A stretch of DNA of 60,358 nucleotides. Origin: a virus (lineage: Duplodnaviria; Caudoviricetes). Shown one piece after another: positions 22,177-31,886 of this stretch (position 1 is its first letter; each line of letters opens with the position of its first letter). Below the pieces are notes generated by a model. It made no database searches and had not been told where the DNA came from. It saw only the letters and a program-made list of their open reading frames with translations. The position numbers and the translations under genes are program-made. Location of the stretch: positions 1 through 60,358 of IMG/VR virus record IMGVR_UViG_3300023179_000114. One strand, written 5' to 3'.

Positions 22177-22999
22177 GTCTAGTTTCCATAAATTCCGGAG
22201 TTAATAAAGGAAGATCTACGGTATTATCCGCATAATTATGATAAACTTGTAGTTTCTCTTTGGCTTTTTGTGAGGCCATATTTAAAATTTCCATTTCTCT
22301 ACCAGTTTGTTCTCTTATATTTTCATCTTCTAGCATACGAATTAGTCCAACCCAACTACTTTTACCGTCTTCTATTCTTTTGATTCTTTGTTCTCTGGTT
22401 GCTTTTAAATCTTTACTAATTTTTTGTTGTTCGTTTAATAATTTAGTATATTCGTTAGTATAATTGGCTATGCTGTTGCGTGCGAAACTTAATTGAGTTT
22501 CTAGATTAGCCAGTTTAGGAATATCTCTTTGATCTTCTGGTTTAGAATATTCGTTATCAACAGCTTTTTGTAATTTTTCGGTTTCACTAATATGTCTTTT
22601 TCTTTCTTTCATGCTGCGATTAATCAGAATATCTATTGTGATAAATTGTTTAATTTGAAGTTCTTCAGCAGGCAATACATCTTCTCTAAATTGTTTAATC
22701 AATCCTATCCATGTATTTTCAAAATATTCTAATTCTCCACTTTCAGCATCAAACTGTCGTGTGATTTCATTCCAAAAATTTTTACTATGAAGCTTGTCTC
22801 TAAGAGTATTAAGAGCTAATTTTTCTTCAGGATCTTCTAATAGATTATTTTCACGTACATATCTTTTGATGGGAGCTTCGTGTCTATTAAGATTTTGGGC
22901 GATTATATCAACTGATAGACTCTTAATATTTTCTCTAATATAAGCTTCTTCTGTTAAGCTTAATTGTCCTCGTTTTTTGGGAACTCCACCTGTTTCCAT
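22169..22999 (-). CDS. Helical/coiled-coil protein, possible terminase small subunit
   Basis: N-terminal HTH-like segment, coiled coil and LKATREQR; upstream of terL. Confidence 0.4.
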   Translation of the reverse strand: METGGVPKKRGQLSLTEEAYIRENIKSLSVDIIAQNLNRHEAPIKRYVRENNLLEDPEEKLALNTLRDKLHSKNFWNEITRQFDAESGELEYFENTWIGLIKQFREDVLPAEELQIKQFITIDILINRSMKERKRHISETEKLQKAVDNEYSKPEDQRDIPKLANLETQLSFARNSIANYTNEYTKLLNEQQKISKDLKATREQRIKRIEDGKSSWVGLIRMLEDENIREQTGREMEILNMASQKAKEKLQVYHNYADNTVDLPLLTPEFMETRHE

Positions 23000-23601
23000 C
23001 CTTTTTCCTCCATAATCTTTTGTATATGTTTTTGTAGCTTAATAGTATCTGCTTTATTGATTTTTTGATTATGTTTAAGTTTTAAATAAAGGTCTCTATA
23101 TTCAGTTTTAACATTTTCGTCTAAAAATTTAATAATTTCATTATTATCATTATTATTATCGTTTTGAGGCAATGAGGATAGATCATCTACACAAGAAGGT
23201 TTAGCTATGTTCTTTTTAGCATCATTTCTTTTGCTCCAGCTTTCATAAAGATCGCAGTCATTTTTATTAACAAATTTAGAGCATTGATTATCAGACACTT
23301 TGTATTTTGGATCATATAGGGGACATGTTAAACAAGGTTTATCTGGCCTTTGATAGTTATTTCTTTTATAGTTAAAAAGCCTGTTTCTTACATGTGTCCA
23401 CAAAAAGTTTTCCAGGGGTCTTTTATGGTCGTAGTTTTTTAATCCTTCTAGAGCGAAGATAGCAGCTTGCTGCTTCATATCTTCAGCACTATGATAGCCG
23501 AATCTGAATTTGTGAGCTAATCTTTTGGTTATTTTATCTAAAATTTTTACAAACTCTTCGTCAGAAACTGTATTTTGAGAATCTTTTTTAATTTTTTTCA
23601 T
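22960..23601 (-). CDS. RNA polymerase sigma factor-like protein
   Basis: Region-2-like EDMKQQAAIFALEGLKNYD...FLWTHVRNRL with a Cys-rich insert. Confidence 0.7.
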   Translation of the reverse strand: MKKIKKDSQNTVSDEEFVKILDKITKRLAHKFRFGYHSAEDMKQQAAIFALEGLKNYDHKRPLENFLWTHVRNRLFNYKRNNYQRPDKPCLTCPLYDPKYKVSDNQCSKFVNKNDCDLYESWSKRNDAKKNIAKPSCVDDLSSLPQNDNNNDNNEIIKFLDENVKTEYRDLYLKLKHNQKINKADTIKLQKHIQKIMEEKGWKQVEFPKNEDN

Positions 23602-23822
23602 CTAATAATTCTGCTATAGTTTTTCCTTCTGGTAATTCTAGATCCTTCTCAGCATCAAGATCTATTGATCCTGAAGCTTTAATAGTTAATAGGGATGATA
23701 CAATATCTTGATCATTAAAAATAAAATTAGTCATTTTTGCCTCTTGCTAAAAATTGCTATCTCTTTAATATAGTAGAGCGTTCGGGTATATTGTCAATAT
23801 TAGTTATACAAAAGGAGAGTTT

Positions 23823-24035
23823 ATGAGTTATAAAAAGTGGGGCGACGGAGAAAGAGACTTTATCCAAAATAATTATACACTTTTAAGTGATGATGAGCTA
23901 GCTTTAAGATTAAGTGCTATGAGTAATTTTCCTGTAAGCGTTGCTATGGTTCGAAGACAAAGACGCAAACTACAGTTAAATAAGCCTCGTGGTAGACCAG
24001 CTAAAAATAAAAGTAATAATAGTATTCTAAATTAA
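23823..24035 (+). CDS. Small DNA-binding protein (Myb/HTH-like plus AT-hook)
   Basis: W..GE..FI..NY..LSD.ELA..L; KPRGRP AT-hook; AAGGAG RBS. Confidence 0.65.
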   Translation: MSYKKWGDGERDFIQNNYTLLSDDELALRLSAMSNFPVSVAMVRRQRRKLQLNKPRGRPAKNKSNNSILN

Positions 24036-24064
24036 TATAGTTAATATTGTATATAGTTTAATAG

Positions 24065-24095
24065 TAAGGGCCTCTTTATGGGGCCTTTATTTTTT
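24065..24095 (+). terminator. Rho-independent terminator
   Basis: AAGGGCCTC/GGGGCCTT stem plus T-tract. Confidence 0.75.
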
Positions 24096-24338
24096 ATAGT
24101 TTCTTGATTTTATATATGATAAGAGACTAGGATCAATCTTAAATATAAAAGAATAAATAGGGCGATCCTTGTGGTTTAGGTAATACATTATTTTTTTGAT
24201 GCTCTTACTATTTTTATACCACCCAGCGTTTTTTGACAAACTGCCGATCTGGCAGTTAAAAACAAAAAAACCCCCCCACTAGAGGGGAGCCCCTATAACC
24301 CCTAAAAACAGGCCATTTTTCACCAAAATTTTTTTTTC

Positions 24339-24406
24339 TTGACAACTAAAGTTCGTTTGGTAAAATGTCGATATAAGAAGTAAGAAAGAAAGAAAGAGAG
24401 AGAAAG
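24339..24406 (+). promoter_or_regulatory. Sigma70-type early promoter with purine-rich leader (related copies at 26524 and 26965)
   Basis: TTGACAACTAAAG...TGGTAAAAT-GTCGATATAAG followed by (AAAG/AG)n up to ATG. Confidence 0.75.
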
Positions 24407-24610
24407 ATGGAAAAGGTTACTCATATCAATGACTTCATTCGCAGTCTTCCGAAGATTCGCCGTAGGCGAATTTGGAATGTGTTGATAGATGGTCAGGTTG
24501 TCCAAGGTGTATCTGCTAGCGACAATAGGAAGTCTACAGCAGAAGCGTACATTCGGTCAAAGTATCCGAATACGCAGTTTACGCTAGTTTTCGCCTGTTG
24601 GAAAATCTAG
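24407..24610 (+). CDS. Early hypothetical protein
   Basis: Follows promoter and leader. Confidence 0.7.
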   Translation: MEKVTHINDFIRSLPKIRRRRIWNVLIDGQVVQGVSASDNRKSTAEAYIRSKYPNTQFTLVFACWKI

Positions 24611-24685
24611 TAGTCTCCCCCGATAAGGGGGTTGACGGCGGCGGAAAAGTTTGATATAACACTCGAAAGAGAAAGAAAGAAAAAA

Positions 24686-25066
24686 ATGAAGTTTCCGATT
24701 ATCGAAAATGCAAAGCGTCAAGCACGTATGGTTTTCAAGGGAATCGCAATCCCTATGGTGGTTCCTGTTCCCGACTCTCGGGTTGTGGAAGGTGTAGACT
24801 ATGTATCCGGTGTGCAGGATCATGGTCGCTATGTTGTGAGCGAAAAGGTTTTGAAGTTCAATCGCAAGGCTCTGAAGAATATGGGCAAGGTTCAGGTTCG
24901 CAAGGAAAACACTGACCCTCGATTTGTGGGTGGTGAGGATACTATGATTGTAAAGGTTGGCAAGCCGGGTTCTCGTGAGCGTGTCGAGGCTTTTGCTCGC
25001 CAGTATGGTGCAATTTTGGCTTGTGGTGAGGAAGTTAGCCCGTTTGCTTGGAAAGGTGAAGAATGA
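24686..25066 (+). CDS. Early hypothetical protein
   Basis: ATG after purine leader (MKFPII...). Confidence 0.7.
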   Translation: MKFPIIENAKRQARMVFKGIAIPMVVPVPDSRVVEGVDYVSGVQDHGRYVVSEKVLKFNRKALKNMGKVQVRKENTDPRFVGGEDTMIVKVGKPGSRERVEAFARQYGAILACGEEVSPFAWKGEE

Positions 25067-25224
25067 AAACGAGAGTACTTCAAGACGTTCTGCGAATTGA
25101 ACAGATACGCTTGTCCACTACTGAACATCCGTTACAGCAGGCTGCTATCATGAATCGTATCAAGCATCTTGCAAAGCAGTTGAAAAAACGATGGAAAAAA
25201 GAGATGCAAACCCTTGATGCGTAA
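25063..25224 (+). CDS. Small hypothetical protein (53 aa)
   Basis: ATGA overlap with upstream gene; stop lies inside repeat A1. Confidence 0.55.
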   Translation: MKTRVLQDVLRIEQIRLSTTEHPLQQAAIMNRIKHLAKQLKKRWKKEMQTLDA

Positions 25225-25361
25225 GCACTTAGGGAAAATTTGCGCCGCAAAATTTAACGTAACTCCTTATATACCAACGACTTAAGAACAAAATAAAAAT
25301 CTTCTAAAGATAGTGTTTGACTTTTGCCGATCTATACTGTAGAATCGAACGCAGGAGAAAG

Positions 25362-25511
25362 ATGATGAAAACTAAGAAGAAGTCAGTTAGCGTGTATCAG
25401 AAAACCCAAGCACGCATGAAACAGGAAACTGGTCGTGCTTTGGCTCAGGTTCGATTTCTGGAAAATCTGTATCGTGAGATGGTCGAATCCAAGAAAAAGG
25501 AAAGCAAGTGA
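25362..25511 (+). CDS. Small basic hypothetical protein
   Basis: AGGAG RBS after promoter. Confidence 0.6.
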   Translation: MMKTKKKSVSVYQKTQARMKQETGRALAQVRFLENLYREMVESKKKESK

Positions 25512-25819
25512 TGACACACTCTGAAGCATATATGATGGTTCGTGGTAAGCGTGGTGTGATGCGTCGTAAGGTTGGTAACAATACCTATGCAGAAATTCTG
25601 CCTGATGGTAGTATTGGAATTATGCTACATAGTACTTATGTGGTAAAAATTCATCAGGATAATACATATACACTGAATAGTGGTGGTTGGCAAACTCTGA
25701 CTACTAAAGATCGAATTAACCAGTATAGCCCTGTACGGGTGTATCAGCGAAAGTTTCAGTGGTATGTACAGTTGAACAGTAAGGAGTATGAGTATATGGA
25801 TGGGATGGTGGTATCATGA
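25508..25819 (+). CDS. Phage hypothetical protein
   Basis: KVGNNTY...LNSGGW.T.TTKDRIN motif, recalled from other phage early proteins. Confidence 0.75.
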   Translation: MMTHSEAYMMVRGKRGVMRRKVGNNTYAEILPDGSIGIMLHSTYVVKIHQDNTYTLNSGGWQTLTTKDRINQYSPVRVYQRKFQWYVQLNSKEYEYMDGMVVS

Positions 25820-26251
25820 AGTATTTTTACGAGTACCTGAATCATACAGGATTTGTAGAGTATGACACTTATCATCTTCGAACAATCCTAGAAATGGCAC
25901 AGCAGATTCTAGGAAACTTTCTTGAATGGCTTCCTTGACCTAAAGCCTTGGGCCTAAAGCACTTAGGACAAGGCCGCGCCGCCCGGATCGACGTAAGTGC
26001 TTATCTAGCATAGACTTACATCAAAAAAATTTTTTAGAGATTTTCTATAGAGGGGGCTTGACATGGCCGATAATTAGTGTAGGATTGAATCATGAATATG
26101 ATCTCTAAGATGTATCTCTGGATAGTTCATCAGATTGTCTCTGCTAATCCTGCGGATTTGGCTAGTGTGGCTATAGTCAGCGAAAATTATGGCTTATTGA
26201 CAAGTTGGTTTTGATATGGTAGAATCCATCACTCACAAGGGAGAACAGATT

Positions 26252-26413
26252 ATGCTGAACGATTTTGAGGATATCAACCGGATTCTGGACGAAATGACGG
26301 ACGAGGGAATTATTGAGCCGATTGACGATCCTAGTATCCAGACCGATTTCTACGATTGGGCGGATGTTGTGGGTGTTCTGGATGAAGTTGAACCAAATAT
26401 TGAGTGGGTTTGA
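26252..26413 (+). CDS. Small acidic protein
   Basis: GGGAG RBS; D/E-rich. Confidence 0.65.
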   Translation: MLNDFEDINRILDEMTDEGIIEPIDDPSIQTDFYDWADVVGVLDEVEPNIEWV

Positions 26414-26725
26414 TATAAAGCCTTGAGCCTAAAGAACTTACGACAAAGTATCGCCGCGAAATTTGCTGTAAGTACTTATCTGACAATACTTTACGCGAAA
26501 ACATTTTTTGAGATTTTTTTTACTTGACAACTAAAGATTGCTTGGTAGAATACCGATATAAGAGATAGAGAAAGAGAGAGTAAGCGATGAGTAAGGAAAT
26601 GAGCATTGAGGAACTGCGTGAGATTGAAGAATACAATAGGTTTATGGACGAATGGGAAAAACGTCCTAAGAATCGTGATTTATATGGCAACAACTGCTAT
26701 CGTCCAGATGAAGTAGCGTTGACCG

Positions 26726-26968
26726 ATGAAGAATATGAGTTATTTGGTTAGGAGAAAAAGAATGAAAAAGATAAGTAAGAATGAATTGGACGATCTGTAT
26801 TTTGATGCAGAGTTGATGAATTTCCGGGTGGTTTATATTCAAAAGCCTCTGGATCAGAATCATTTTGTGTTGTATCACAATAAGCCCCAACTTGAGCATG
26901 TGGGACATTATCGATACTTGAACGATGTGAAACTTGCAATGCAGAAACATTATAGGTCAGGTACTTGA
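26726..26968 (+). CDS. Hypothetical protein
   Basis: ORF in cassette; true start may be the downstream ATG after AGGAG. Confidence 0.55.
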   Translation: MKNMSYLVRRKRMKKISKNELDDLYFDAELMNFRVVYIQKPLDQNHFVLYHNKPQLEHVGHYRYLNDVKLAMQKHYRSGT

Positions 26969-27017
26969 CAAATAAAGTTTTTCTGGTAGACTACCAATAT
27001 AAGAAAGAGAGAAAGAA

Positions 27018-27266
27018 ATGAGTCACCCTGATCCCCTGTTCGATCCCGAAAACGCTTATGAGGATGATGATATGATGATCGAAGATGAAAACTATGACGA
27101 TTATTCCGATTTCCACCACGGTGAGATTGAGGCTGAGGATTTGGAGGATAGTTGGGATGATTCGTATGATGATAGTATGGATGGCGATACTGAGAGTGCG
27201 TTCGGTTCTTGCGGATGGGGTGTTGATGAATACTATGAACACTATGAGTCGGGTGACGATTACTGA
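27018..27266 (+). CDS. Highly acidic protein
   Basis: Very D/E/Y-rich with DGDTESAFGSCGWG; own promoter. Confidence 0.75.
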   Translation: MSHPDPLFDPENAYEDDDMMIEDENYDDYSDFHHGEIEAEDLEDSWDDSYDDSMDGDTESAFGSCGWGVDEYYEHYESGDDY

Positions 27267-27559
27267 TGCAAACTGAAGATATTAAAAATTGGATCGACTC
27301 TTACTTTACCACAAGGACTAATAAGATGATGAAGGTTACCGTTACTCAGACCGATACGTTTAATGGTGAGGCTAACTATTCTTGGGCCAACCGTTATGAG
27401 TTTGCTATCAATAGCGAGGCATCTCAGCGTAATATTGTGAGAAAGGCTAAGTTTCTCGCGGGCATGACCGGAGTAAAGAGTGACACCTACGATTACGGCG
27501 AGAGTCTTACTATCAAGCCGCGAGGATATCATCAGGTTATTTTCGTAGACTTTGAATAA
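27266..27559 (+). CDS. Phage hypothetical protein
   Basis: TDTFNGEANYSW motif. Confidence 0.7.
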   Translation: MQTEDIKNWIDSYFTTRTNKMMKVTVTQTDTFNGEANYSWANRYEFAINSEASQRNIVRKAKFLAGMTGVKSDTYDYGESLTIKPRGYHQVIFVDFE

Positions 27560-27729
27560 AACTCTCCGCAAACCCTTACTGCGTAAGCACTTAGGGCGAG
27601 CGGGCGCCCGCAAATTTGACGTAACTCCTTATGTATCAACTCTTTACGTCTAAAGAATTTTTTTAAGATTTTTTGCTTGACAAGTCGATAATAGTAGTGT
27701 AGGATAGCACATAAGAAAGAGAGGATTTT

Positions 27730-27939
27730 ATGAAGCAGCGTTTTTTTGATATCGTGGTTGAGAACTCGGATAACCAAGAAATCTCGCTGAATCAGGAGTT
27801 TGTTCTGGATATTCCAGAGCATGATACTAGCAGTCCTGTGGAACGTATGGAGTATAATGGTATTTTGTTGGATACTCTAGTCTCTGCTAGTGGTCTGAAT
27901 GTTTGTTCTTTCAGAAATGAGCCAGTAGTTCTGGAATAG
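27730..27939 (+). CDS. Hypothetical protein
   Basis: Single-gene cassette between repeats A4 and A5. Confidence 0.7.
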   Translation: MKQRFFDIVVENSDNQEISLNQEFVLDIPEHDTSSPVERMEYNGILLDTLVSASGLNVCSFRNEPVVLE

Positions 27940-28109
27940 AACATAAACCCTTGATTCTAAAAGACTTAGAACAAGGGGGCGCCCGCAAATTCTACGCAAG
28001 TACTTGTGGGATATAGACTTATGATAAAAAAATAATTTTGTCACTAAATCTATTGACAACAGCCGATAAGAGTTGTAGACTAAGCGTATTCCAATAAGGA
28101 GGAAAAGCG

Positions 28110-28652
28110 ATGTTTACGATGAAAGACTTCAATCGAATCAAAAAGAATATCAAGGGGATCGACACGGAAAGTCTATTCTCTCCTCAGCAAGATGAACTGG
28201 CACATAAAATTTCCTGCTTAGGTAGTTCTGGTCGTGGTCAAAGCGGCGAAGAATTGATGTCTCTATATTTGCGTCGTAGAAAATATAAAATCAAGCGATT
28301 TGGCACAATTCATCCGTTTGATATCCTGTTGGACAATAAAATCAAGTGTGAAGTGAAATCTGCTACTATGTATCTGGATAAGAAAACCTATAGGTATTCT
28401 TTCCAAGGTGTCAAGCCGGAACTTTTTGATATTTTATTTCTAGTATTCGTGACTCCAAAAGGAATTGTTACGAAATGGACTGAACAAAAGTATGTTATGC
28501 AATATACTGCAAATAAAAAACGTCAAAAAGATGGATACTATATTTATTTTGATGGAACATGCGATAATATCAATATGGCTTATAATGATGATATTACAGA
28601 TTTTGTAAAATTCTATCCGCCAGTCTCAAAGTCTTGCAAACAAAAGACTTAG
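28110..28652 (+). CDS. PD-(D/E)XK nuclease-like protein
   Basis: GEEL...PFDILLDNKIKCEVKSA; AT-rich single-gene cassette. Confidence 0.65.
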   Translation: MFTMKDFNRIKKNIKGIDTESLFSPQQDELAHKISCLGSSGRGQSGEELMSLYLRRRKYKIKRFGTIHPFDILLDNKIKCEVKSATMYLDKKTYRYSFQGVKPELFDILFLVFVTPKGIVTKWTEQKYVMQYTANKKRQKDGYYIYFDGTCDNINMAYNDDITDFVKFYPPVSKSCKQKT

Positions 28653-28785
28653 GATAAGAGAGGCGGGCCGGATTTGCCATAACTCCTTACTCCCCAACAC
28701 TTTACGTCAAAAAAATTTTTCTAAAGATTTTTCTTGACTCTTGTCGATAATATGGTATACTTAGAGTATCACGAAAGGGAAAATC

Positions 28786-29073
28786 ATGAGTTACAACGGT
28801 TACGCTAACTACGAAACATGGAATGTTTGCCTTTGGATCGCTAATGATGAAGGTCTGAATGGACTTGCGGCCTCTTGTGATGATTATGGCTCATTCACTG
28901 AAACTTTGAAGGAAGTGAATACTGTGGAAGAGTTTCATGCTGGTAGGATATCCAATGCCTACCGATCTATCGCATTCCAAACTCCGGACGGGGTAGCATG
29001 GAATGATAGTGCCGTGAACCTCACGGAATTGCAAGGTTTTTGGGAAGAAAATTTTTCTAAAGTCCGGTCTTGA
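28786..29073 (+). CDS. Phage hypothetical protein
   Basis: YNGYANYETWNV.LW...TPDGV motif. Confidence 0.75.
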   Translation: MSYNGYANYETWNVCLWIANDEGLNGLAASCDDYGSFTETLKEVNTVEEFHAGRISNAYRSIAFQTPDGVAWNDSAVNLTELQGFWEENFSKVRS

Positions 29074-29139
29074 CTTTGGCCGATAATACTGTAGAATGGT
29101 TAGAGTTGTGGTTTTGGTTTTCATAACGAAAGGGTAGAT

Positions 29140-29547
29140 ATGAGCGATTTGACTGTGTTTTTTGGTGTTTTTGCTGTTGTTGCTGCTGGTTTTGCTGCTT
29201 TTCTGACGTATGCTATCTATGGTGGATCTAGGGGTTCTTTGAGTAGGGCTAAGATTGGCGAAGTGTATAACTTCGTCTATGAACAGCCCGCAAAGGGTGA
29301 GCCTGAGCGGTATTTGGCCAAGGTGCTTGAAGTCCATACTCTGGACAATAATAGTATCCGTAGGCTGAATGCTCATAGTGCGTATCGTAGGAATGATCCG
29401 CAGTTTGTGCGTACCAACCATCTGGTAACGTGTGCTATGCCTAATGGCACTGTGCGTAATTTCTATGCAGAACGCACCAAGAACTGCCGCAGGCCATTGC
29501 TTGCTGGTACGCTCTTCAAGAGCGGCTTGGCTGCAATGATGTTCTGA
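29140..29547 (+). CDS. N-terminally membrane-anchored hypothetical protein
   Basis: Hydrophobic N-terminus; own promoter. Confidence 0.7.
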   Translation: MSDLTVFFGVFAVVAAGFAAFLTYAIYGGSRGSLSRAKIGEVYNFVYEQPAKGEPERYLAKVLEVHTLDNNSIRRLNAHSAYRRNDPQFVRTNHLVTCAMPNGTVRNFYAERTKNCRRPLLAGTLFKSGLAAMMF

Positions 29548-29697
29548 ACCAAAAACCGAGCCCTAAAGTGTTGTCGCAGCAGCACTTAGGGCAAGGTCGC
29601 GGGCGCATATTTGTCATAACTCCTTGTGTATCAACAACTTATAAACAATCTAAAGTTTGTGCTTGACAAGTGCCGATATCTAATGTAGAATAAGAGC

Positions 29698-29862
29698 ATG
29701 AATACAGCAAATAAATACTCTGCATATGAATGGAGAGTTTATAGGAATAATCGTTTTATTGGCTATGTTATAGCAGCAAGCGAAATTGACGCCTATAGAA
29801 AAGCCAAAGAAAAATATGGGGATTATGTTCTGGTAGAAAGAGTATATAGTAGTCTCACCTAA
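29698..29862 (+). CDS. Small hypothetical protein
   Basis: ATG a few nt after TAGAAT; stop is the TAA of repeat B2. Confidence 0.55.
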   Translation: MNTANKYSAYEWRVYRNNRFIGYVIAASEIDAYRKAKEKYGDYVLVERVYSSLT

Positions 29863-30120
29863 TCCTACGGATTTGCTGTGGTGGGCTATAGTCAGTCAAA
29901 ATAATAGGATCTTGACAAGTAGTTTGCATTATGATATGATTAGTGCAGAAAGAGAGGCTTGTATGGTCTATCGTGTGATTAGAACTGAAAATGAATCAAG
30001 TACGACCTTTGATTTTGACGATATAGAAGATGCTAGAGAGTGGGTTCGTCAAGAGAAAGATTTTGATGAGAATTGTATGAGTCCTAAGATTGGGATTTAT
30101 GAGATTTTTGAGGTGGAAAA

Positions 30121-30336
30121 ATGAAGTTGGCTAAGACTGATAGTGATAAGGTTTATGAGGATATTTATAATCTGGTAGCAAATACTATTGCTATTACTGA
30201 GGCTCCTGAACTGTATAATATCCCTGTCACAACCAAAGCAAAGGCTATAAAGGAGTTGACAGACGCTACTTTTTTGCGTATAATGCGTAAGATTCGTTCC
30301 CAACGTGATCGGGCTGTTGCTCTGAGTTCTAACTAA
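30121..30336 (+). CDS. Hypothetical protein
   Basis: GAGGTG RBS. Confidence 0.6.
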   Translation: MKLAKTDSDKVYEDIYNLVANTIAITEAPELYNIPVTTKAKAIKELTDATFLRIMRKIRSQRDRAVALSSN

Positions 30337-30843
30337 TTGAGGTGCTTTATTCCAAACTGGTGCATGAACAAGTTGACAGTTTCTCATCCTAATCCTGACA
30401 TGGTTGACCGATTTGAAAAAGCCTATAATGTTGGTAAGGCTTGTAGTGAGTTTTTGCCTGTTCCAGAAGGTTATTATGAAAATGATAAATGGTATGACTG
30501 GTGCGTAAATAACTGGTCAACAAAATGGGATATTGGGGCCGATGTGGGTACGGATAGGGAAGAATGGCACGGCTTGAAGGCTACTAGAGTAGGCAATCAA
30601 GTAAATTGTTCGTTTGATAGTGCGTGGAGTCCTCCTGTTGGTTTGTATGATAAACTGGTTGAGTTGGGATATGATGTAAAGGCTAGTTATTGGGAACCGG
30701 GTATGGCCTTTTGTGGTATTTGGGATAATGGTGCTGATAATTATGTAGACTATCCTAGTAAGGATATGATTCCTGTTGCATTGTGGAATGAGTTTGGTAT
30801 GGAAGAATTCTTCAAGGACGATCCAGAAGAAGCGACTACCTAA
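30337..30843 (+). CDS. DUF1281/YubB ferredoxin-like family protein
   Basis: PNWC.N...WYDWCVNNWSTKWD...FDSAWSPP...Y.EPGMAFCG; start uncertain. Confidence 0.75.
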   Translation: MRCFIPNWCMNKLTVSHPNPDMVDRFEKAYNVGKACSEFLPVPEGYYENDKWYDWCVNNWSTKWDIGADVGTDREEWHGLKATRVGNQVNCSFDSAWSPPVGLYDKLVELGYDVKASYWEPGMAFCGIWDNGADNYVDYPSKDMIPVALWNEFGMEEFFKDDPEEATT

Positions 30844-31017
30844 ACGCGGTTCGCTCTAAGTTCTTAGCCCAAGAGGACTTAGGGCAAGCCTGCGCCGCCG
30901 GGTTCGTCGTAAATCCTTATGCTGCTTATACTTGCGAAGCAAAAATATTTTTTCAAGAAAGCCCCTTGACAAGCCGATAATAGATAGTAGAATGATTGAG
31001 TAAGACAAAACAAACTT

Positions 31018-31363
31018 TCGTGGGTCCATGCGGCGGGACTAGATTAGGATAAGCCATTACGAAAAAACAATAAGGCTATGCCGATTGTTGACAGCGGGCT
31101 TATACGCTGTATAGTAGTGCTAATCTATGGGGGATGGCATCCTCACTCACGACCAATACGAGAACCATCTGTGTACATACAGGAAAAAATGTGAATAGGG
31201 TTTGTTTAAGAATGTGAATACGTTCCGCCCTATTGTGGTTCTCGACAATACAACTAGTAACCGTTACCTCTGATAAACTGCCTGATAATAGGTACCCGAA
31301 AGCAGTGAAGCAGCGTGGGCGGTTTCCATCCGATCCTGACAAGGGGCAATCGTATGGGTTATA
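31018..31363 (+). ncRNA. Putative multi-domain structured ncRNA
   Basis: Plus-strand ORF-free unit after a strong promoter, with nested helices TCGTGGGT/ACTCACGA, TAGATTAG/CTAATCTA, ACAGCG/CGCTGT, CGAGAACCA/TGGTTCTCG, AATAGGG/CCCTATT. Confidence 0.65.
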
Positions 31364-31425
31364 GGAATCGGGGCGTAAAAGATTTCGCTGGTTGACAATC
31401 TAAAAATAGATGGTAAAATACAGAC

Positions 31426-31632
31426 ATGAATATCATACCTATAAACGACAACAATAGCCGGTTTGATCTTGTAGAGATCAAGTCTACCCACCCTATGGTG
31501 GCACCTACTCCACATTGTCGGATTCATGGGGCTATGAACTGTGTGGCTATTCACTCTAATGGGAAACTGTGGCGTTGTATTCAAAGTAATCAAATGAAAG
31601 ACTGTAGAGCAGGGTGCGAGGAGAAAATATGA
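31426..31632 (+). CDS. Small Cys/His-rich protein
   Basis: PHCRIHGAMNC...WRC...CRAGC; own promoter. Confidence 0.6.
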   Translation: MNIIPINDNNSRFDLVEIKSTHPMVAPTPHCRIHGAMNCVAIHSNGKLWRCIQSNQMKDCRAGCEEKI

Positions 31633-31886
31633 ACGGCTATGAACTGATCGCAGAGTTTGAGAAACTGATTAAGGATATGATTGTGGTTCCTAATCACTGG
31701 CTTCCGGAAGATTTTAGAGATAATCGTACCGATAGCGTTTCGCTGGCTGATCTGGAACGAAAGTGCGATGCTAGAGAGATTGGCGAGACTGATCACCAGA
31801 TTGAGAAGCGAGAGAAGGATAGGCGAATTGCGGCATACGCCGTGATGATCGAACATGGGCAAGAAATAGAATACATAATGAAGTGA
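31629..31886 (+). CDS. Hypothetical protein
   Basis: GAGGAG RBS and ATGA overlap. Confidence 0.65.
   Translation: MNGYELIAEFEKLIKDMIVVPNHWLPEDFRDNRTDSVSLADLERKCDAREIGETDHQIEKREKDRRIAAYAVMIEHGQEIEYIMK

Noticed and set aside
1318-23601. Stop-codon reassignment
   Set aside because: Core genes are full length in the standard code and no suppressor anticodon was found
31278-31305. Hammerhead-like CTGATAA...CGAAA
   Set aside because: Core deviates from CUGAnGA, and the flanks pair directly with no third stem or cleavage triplet
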